DNA of 58,220 nucleotides, counting the filler, from Stramenopiles sp. TOSAG23-2 (Eukaryota): assembly GCA_900128395.1 (NCBI GenBank). It is 3 parts of 3 records of this genome, joined end to end, with 100 filler letters (N's around TTAATTAATTAA, not from the genome) between each part and the next. Parts side by side here need not be neighbours in the genome. Positions count along the whole stretch, not along the records: positions 38,972 to 58,220 come from LT649586.1; 2 more parts are not named here. One strand, written 5' to 3'. The notes below the pieces were generated by a model. The model had not been told where the DNA came from. It saw nothing but the letters and a program-made list of their open reading frames with translations, and did not search any database. Shown piece by piece: positions 53,439 through 58,220 of this stretch; the stretch's first letter is position 1, and each line of letters starts with the position of its first letter. The position numbers and the translations under genes are program-made.

Positions 53439-54905
53439 ATGTTATTAAGAAAAATAAATAAACAATTAACAAAAGTAACAACATGTAATATACGAAATGC
53501 AATACCTCGTCATCAACAACAATATTATTATCATCCAGTTGTAACATTCAAACATTGTAATAATAATAATAATGATAAATGCAAGATAAAAAATGAATAT
53601 CAAACAACCTTTCCAATTCAATTCACAACACGTGATTTTTCTTCTACTGCTTCTTCTTCACCGCCAAAATTAATGGAAGGTATGAAAGTTGTTGAATTGG
53701 CAAGTGTATTAGCTGGGCCTACCGTATGTCAATTCCTTGCTGAACTTGGTGCAAGCGTTGTTAAAGTTGAAAATACCACGACAAGAGGAGATGTTACACG
53801 TACATGGAAATTAGCAAATGATAAACCAGATTCAACAGTTACTGCATATTTTTCATGTTGTAATTTAGGCAAGAAAAGTTTAGCAATTAATTTAAAGGAT
53901 CCAAGAGGATTGGAAATCATACATAAAATGGTTGAAGATGCCGATGTAGTTGTTGCTTCATATAAACCTGGTGATGCAGAAAAATTAAAAGTTGATTATA
54001 AAACATTATCAACCATTAACCCAAAGTTAATATATGCACAAATTACTGGGTATGGTTTAGATGATGATCGTGCTGGATATGATGCAGTTATACAAGCAGA
54101 AAGTGGATTTCAATTTATAAATGGTGAACCTGATCCATCGCCACCTACAAAAATGCCAGTTGCATTGATGGATTTATTAGCAGCGCATCAAATCAAAGAA
54201 GCATTATTAGTTAATTTATGGAGAAGAGAACGTAATGGTAATCAATATGGTTCATTTGTAAATGTATCTTTACTTGCATCTGGTGTCAGTGCATTGGCAA
54301 ATCAAGCAACTGGATATTTAGTTGCTGGTGCAAATCCAAACCGTATTGGTAGTGATCATCCATCAATTTGCCCATATGGTACCATTTTTAAATGCAAGGA
54401 TGGTGGTTTAATAACATTAGCAGTTGGTAGTGATAAGCAATATCAAAATTTATGTAAAGTTTTAGGTCAACCTGAACTTGGAGTTGATGAAAGATTTAAT
54501 ACAAATCCAAATCGTGTGAAAAATAGAGAAGAATGTAAATCGATCATGAAAGAATTAATTGAACAATTTGATCGCCCATATTTATTAAATGAATTACGTA
54601 TAAATGCAGTACCAGCAGGTGGTGTAAATGAAATATCAGATGTATTTGAACAACCACAAGCTGAAGAGTTAGTTGTTCGTAATGATCATGGTAATGCATT
54701 AGGTGTAAAACAAGTGGCATTCAATACTGTGACATATGAAGAAAGTAATAATAATATTAATTATATGAATGAGGATGAACAATTATTATTACCACCACCA
54801 CAATATGGTCAACATACAACAAGTGTTTTAATGGAAGATTGTCAATATACAAAGGAGAAGATTGAGGAATTAATAAATGATGGTGTAGTAGAACAACTTT
54901 CATAG
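53439..54905 (+). CDS. CoA-transferase family III (CaiB/BaiF, SUGCT-like), probably mitochondrial
   Basis: Presequence-like N-terminus; GMKVVELASVLAGP..LAELGASVVKVE..GDVTRTW, NLGKKSLAINLK, ADVVV, ITGYG, GYDAVIQAESG, PYGTIFKCKDG, PPQYGQHT. Confidence 0.92.
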   Translation: MLLRKINKQLTKVTTCNIRNAIPRHQQQYYYHPVVTFKHCNNNNNDKCKIKNEYQTTFPIQFTTRDFSSTASSSPPKLMEGMKVVELASVLAGPTVCQFLAELGASVVKVENTTTRGDVTRTWKLANDKPDSTVTAYFSCCNLGKKSLAINLKDPRGLEIIHKMVEDADVVVASYKPGDAEKLKVDYKTLSTINPKLIYAQITGYGLDDDRAGYDAVIQAESGFQFINGEPDPSPPTKMPVALMDLLAAHQIKEALLVNLWRRERNGNQYGSFVNVSLLASGVSALANQATGYLVAGANPNRIGSDHPSICPYGTIFKCKDGGLITLAVGSDKQYQNLCKVLGQPELGVDERFNTNPNRVKNREECKSIMKELIEQFDRPYLLNELRINAVPAGGVNEISDVFEQPQAEELVVRNDHGNALGVKQVAFNTVTYEESNNNINYMNEDEQLLLPPPQYGQHTTSVLMEDCQYTKEKIEELINDGVVEQLS

Positions 54906-55193
54906 TTTTTTTTAGCGAGTGTGTGTATTAAAATGAAATACAACGTGTGTATATTTAAATAAAATATTATAAAATAATTTAACATACACGAATATATGAG
55001 ATCACGTGTTTTAATTTTACAAACCTTTTTTTGTCAATTATTATTCCCTATGCCTTATTAATTAATTCGATATGTGTCACATTATTTAATAAATAGTATA
55101 CCTGTTATAGTTCCCATCATTATTCTTTTACACTTTTATAGAGATATTCTTTATATACATGTATACATATATAATAAAATCAAAAATTTTAAG

Positions 55194-55685
55194 TTATGCA
55201 AAATAATCACGTGGATCACTACGACTAATGGTATACCACCAAGAGTTACCTAATATATACATATTAAGCAAAATAAATAATAATACTAAAATATTCCCTG
55301 TAAGCGTTGAGATTATACTGGTATTAATATTACTACAATCTAACATTTTACTACAATCTTTTCCTTTCTTTTTCTTTTTTTTATCTTTCTTTTTACCGAC
55401 TGGTGAAATATTTATATTTTGATGCATTGGATTTTTTACAGTGTTCATGCCGTTTTCTTTATATTCACCTTTTCCTATCGTTTCTATTTCTTTCTCCTCT
55501 GCCACTTGTCTCCGCCTATCTCTATCTCTATATTTTCTAGCTTTCTTTGCCTTACTCTTTTTACGACAATCTTTATAGAAATCAGTTCCCCATGATACAA
55601 AATATGCTACAAATACACTCAATCCAAGAAATGTGTAGAGATCAATATCTTCGCGTATCAATTCTGCTTCTTGCTTGTAAGCCAT
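55194..55685 (-). CDS. Small uncharacterised two-TM membrane protein with a basic loop
   Basis: 163-aa ATG-initiated ORF with two hydrophobic segments. Confidence 0.55.
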   Translation of the reverse strand: MAYKQEAELIREDIDLYTFLGLSVFVAYFVSWGTDFYKDCRKKSKAKKARKYRDRDRRRQVAEEKEIETIGKGEYKENGMNTVKNPMHQNINISPVGKKKDKKKKKKGKDCSKMLDCSNINTSIISTLTGNILVLLFILLNMYILGNSWWYTISRSDPRDYFA

Positions 55686-56095
55686 GATATTATGTTTATG
55701 TATGCATTATGTATATATGTATGTTGTATTTTCTTTTAATGTAGTATATACAGTATTAAACTTTATTTGGATTATTATTTTTTTAGTATTGCAACTATTA
55801 CTGTAAATAGTTTATTAAGAAGAAGTTGTTGTGTTGGAGTGCTGCTTGATGAAAAAAAACACTGCATGCGTTTGTTTTTATACTTATCGTATACTAAAAT
55901 TTTATTGTCACTATAAAAAAATCAAAAATCACAACAAAGGAATTAATGAAATTAAGGCGAAGTTAAAAAAAGAAATATATTAAAAATAATGTGATGACCA
56001 GGGATGACGAAAGCCTTTTTGAGATTATTTTATCTTATTAAAATTTTTACAATACAACATACAAACATCATCATCATCACATATGTTCCATTCGG

Positions 56096-56881
56096 TCAAA
56101 CGCTATCGATAGCAACTGTAGTATGAATTGTAGAAGAATTTCTACGTTGCTTCAATCGTTTCTTTGTATGTTCTAATTGTTTATTTTTAATCAATTCAGC
56201 TTCATGTTGATAATCGCTTGTATCATGTCGAAAATCACTTGTTATTCCATGCATGACATTTGAGGCTCTTCTATGATTATCATTTTCATCTTTACTTTTA
56301 AAATTTTTATTGTCAATTATATTATTTTCATTTGCAATTTTACCATTCATTGTTGTTGATTTTGTTGTTGTTACAGGTAATAATTTTGTTTGTGTTATGT
56401 CTTTTTTTCTTCGCTCTTGTCTTTGTTTTATTTTATGTTGAGTTTTTAAGAATGATTCATTTTTTATTAAATCTTGCTTTTTATCAAATCTTGCACCATT
56501 TGATTCATATTCATGCTTTATACGTTGAAGGTTACGATCAGAGACAGACAATTGTTTACTAAATGATAATTTCTTTTTTAAGACTGGTTTCTTCTTGTTA
56601 TTATTATTCTTATTACTTTTATTATCATTACTAGACGAAGACGATAATGAGTTATTGTTGTTGTTGCTATTATTATTTTTATTATTATTATTTGATGGAA
56701 TTATTTTAACTTGAGATTTTTTACGATGATTGGTATTTCGGGCTCGATATGATGACCTAGTTCTTTTAACGGACGTCAATTTATACAAACAACAACAAAT
56801 TATTATCACTAGACATAAAAGACAAAAGCATACAATGGCAGCTTGAATACCAGGTAATTTTAATAACGTATCCAGATCCAT
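56096..56881 (-). CDS. Single-pass membrane protein with a Cys-rich juxtamembrane segment and a duplicated helical motif
   Basis: TM AAIVCFCLLCLVIIICCCLY followed by a basic/Asn-rich tail. Confidence 0.6.
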   Translation of the reverse strand: MDLDTLLKLPGIQAAIVCFCLLCLVIIICCCLYKLTSVKRTRSSYRARNTNHRKKSQVKIIPSNNNNKNNNSNNNNNSLSSSSSNDNKSNKNNNNKKKPVLKKKLSFSKQLSVSDRNLQRIKHEYESNGARFDKKQDLIKNESFLKTQHKIKQRQERRKKDITQTKLLPVTTTKSTTMNGKIANENNIIDNKNFKSKDENDNHRRASNVMHGITSDFRHDTSDYQHEAELIKNKQLEHTKKRLKQRRNSSTIHTTVAIDSV

Positions 56882-57355
56882 CTTTTTTTAGATATTTTTT
56901 TATTGATTTTACTATATTAAATTAAATAATAATTATTAATAAATCCATTTTTCAAAAATAATATATATAATTACAAAATATTTCACGCAATTTTTTATTT
57001 ACAGTAAATTATACTATCTTTTATTCCAACGTGCTGTTTTATTGGTATATATATACTTTGATTTCTTCCTTTTAATACGCATACATATATATACACATTA
57101 TACTTATTTTATTATACAATTTTTTCTATAACTTATTATTATGTAAAACGTTCAACAACCGCAGCACATAGCTATAATAGACGACGAGTGTATATCATAT
57201 AGCCATATTAATTTCGTGTGGAAGTACTTAAGGTTTTTTCAGAAAAAAAGAAAAAATACCGGATACGTTAATCTAGAGTTAACGTAAACGTGTTTATGAA
57301 TTTACCACATAATTATTATTTTTTTATCTTATTATTTTTACTAGGTAGTATCCTT

Positions 57356-57623
57356 GTAAATGAGAAGGATTGTTAGTGCATTTCAAAATGGAAGTTAATT
57401 TAAGTACTAATTTAGTATACTAATATATGTATATTTGATAGAGAGATATTGGATATTACAAAAAATCGGAAATTCTTAGTTTATTCATCAAAATAACTAT
57501 TGGTTGTTTTTGGATTTTTTGTAATATCCAATACCTCCCTATCAAATATACATAAATTAGTACACTAAATTAGTACTTAAATTAAGTACCATTTTGAAAT
57601 TCACTAATATCCTTCTCATTTAC
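57356..57623. repeat. Long imperfect inverted repeat (arms ~112 bp, ~45-bp spacer): fold-back/MITE or hairpin-RNA locus
   Basis: 57356-57467 (gtaaatgagaaggat...ggatattacaaaaaatc) is the near-perfect reverse complement of 57513-57623. Confidence 0.9.
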
Positions 57624-58220
57624 TGAATTTACAAGGTTACAGGTTACATAGATTACAAGTTTTCCAAGAATTTGTTTGCGGAAGGTTTGGATCCGTCTTT
57701 TTAAATACATGTTTTCCAAGAATTTACAAACGTATATATTTATACTTGTGCTTGTTAGAATATGCAAATTATTGTAGTAGCGTGTTCAGTGGTGGGTGGG
57801 TGCCAGCTGGGCCAGGTTGTTGAGCGGATAATAATCAAAGAAATATTTTTTCTTTATAATTTAAAAAACTTCTCTATGCTTTATCTTTTCTATAATTTAT
57901 TTGTATGCTGGTATGCACGTATGATCCATATTACAATATATTCTTTAATAATTTACATTTATATATTTTTTTATAACGTTTTAGTTTTTCTTAAACATTT
58001 CTATACTTGTTTGTATACTAATATGTGCATATAATATTATACTAGTATCATAAAAATACAAATGCGTAGCTGCGTAGCACAAGTGAATGTGTGGTGGTTA
58101 GGGCAACCCGCAGCACGCAGCCAGAGAAGCAACCAGAATATGGCCTTCATGATGATATAACTACAAATACTTTTCGATGAAGTCCGGCCACCCCACCACA
58201 CCCCCCCCACACACCTCACG

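Noticed and set aside
84..58219. Numerous short antisense or overlapping ORFs in the track (e.g. 2748-3221, 10118-10579, 23293-23883, 32649-33215, 39890-40507, 57762-58034)
   Set aside because: Shadows of real genes or low-complexity AT-rich sequence, with no recognisable motifs.

Overview
AT-rich, gene-dense, intron-poor eukaryotic DNA with frequent poly-Asn tracts. It comes from a flagellated protist (CFAP58 and a CFAP97-family gene are present); a stramenopile-like heterotroph is my inference only. The window is three contigs joined by two artificial 100-bp spacers (N44-TTAATTAATTAA-N44 at 19392-19491 and 38872-38971), so adjacency across the spacers is not evidence of linkage. About 20 protein genes are supported: a MYND-zinc-finger gene start plus rearranged MYND/TPR fragments, a large mitochondrial Bot1/mS45-like protein, QTMAN/GTDC1, two membrane proteins (one with a spliced WW exon), a CutC-coiled-coil fusion, a Stealth phosphotransferase, a Dabb protein, TPR-GT61, an A1 aspartic protease, Piezo with an FN3 insert, CFAP58, an OpuAC-EGF-7TM(class C)-SAM-SAM receptor, a multi-domain class I PI3K-like gene (truncated), PLB1-like lipase, a degenerate SNF2 pseudo-ATPase, an LRR protein, a SpoU methyltransferase, a CFAP97-like protein and a family III CoA-transferase. 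The strongest leads are the unusual receptor and channel domain architectures, the chimeric MYND-TPR locus at the left end, a ~270-bp fold-back with G-U-biased mismatches, and CCAG/CTGG clusters in divergent promoters. All calls come from motif recognition by eye; no database search was run.
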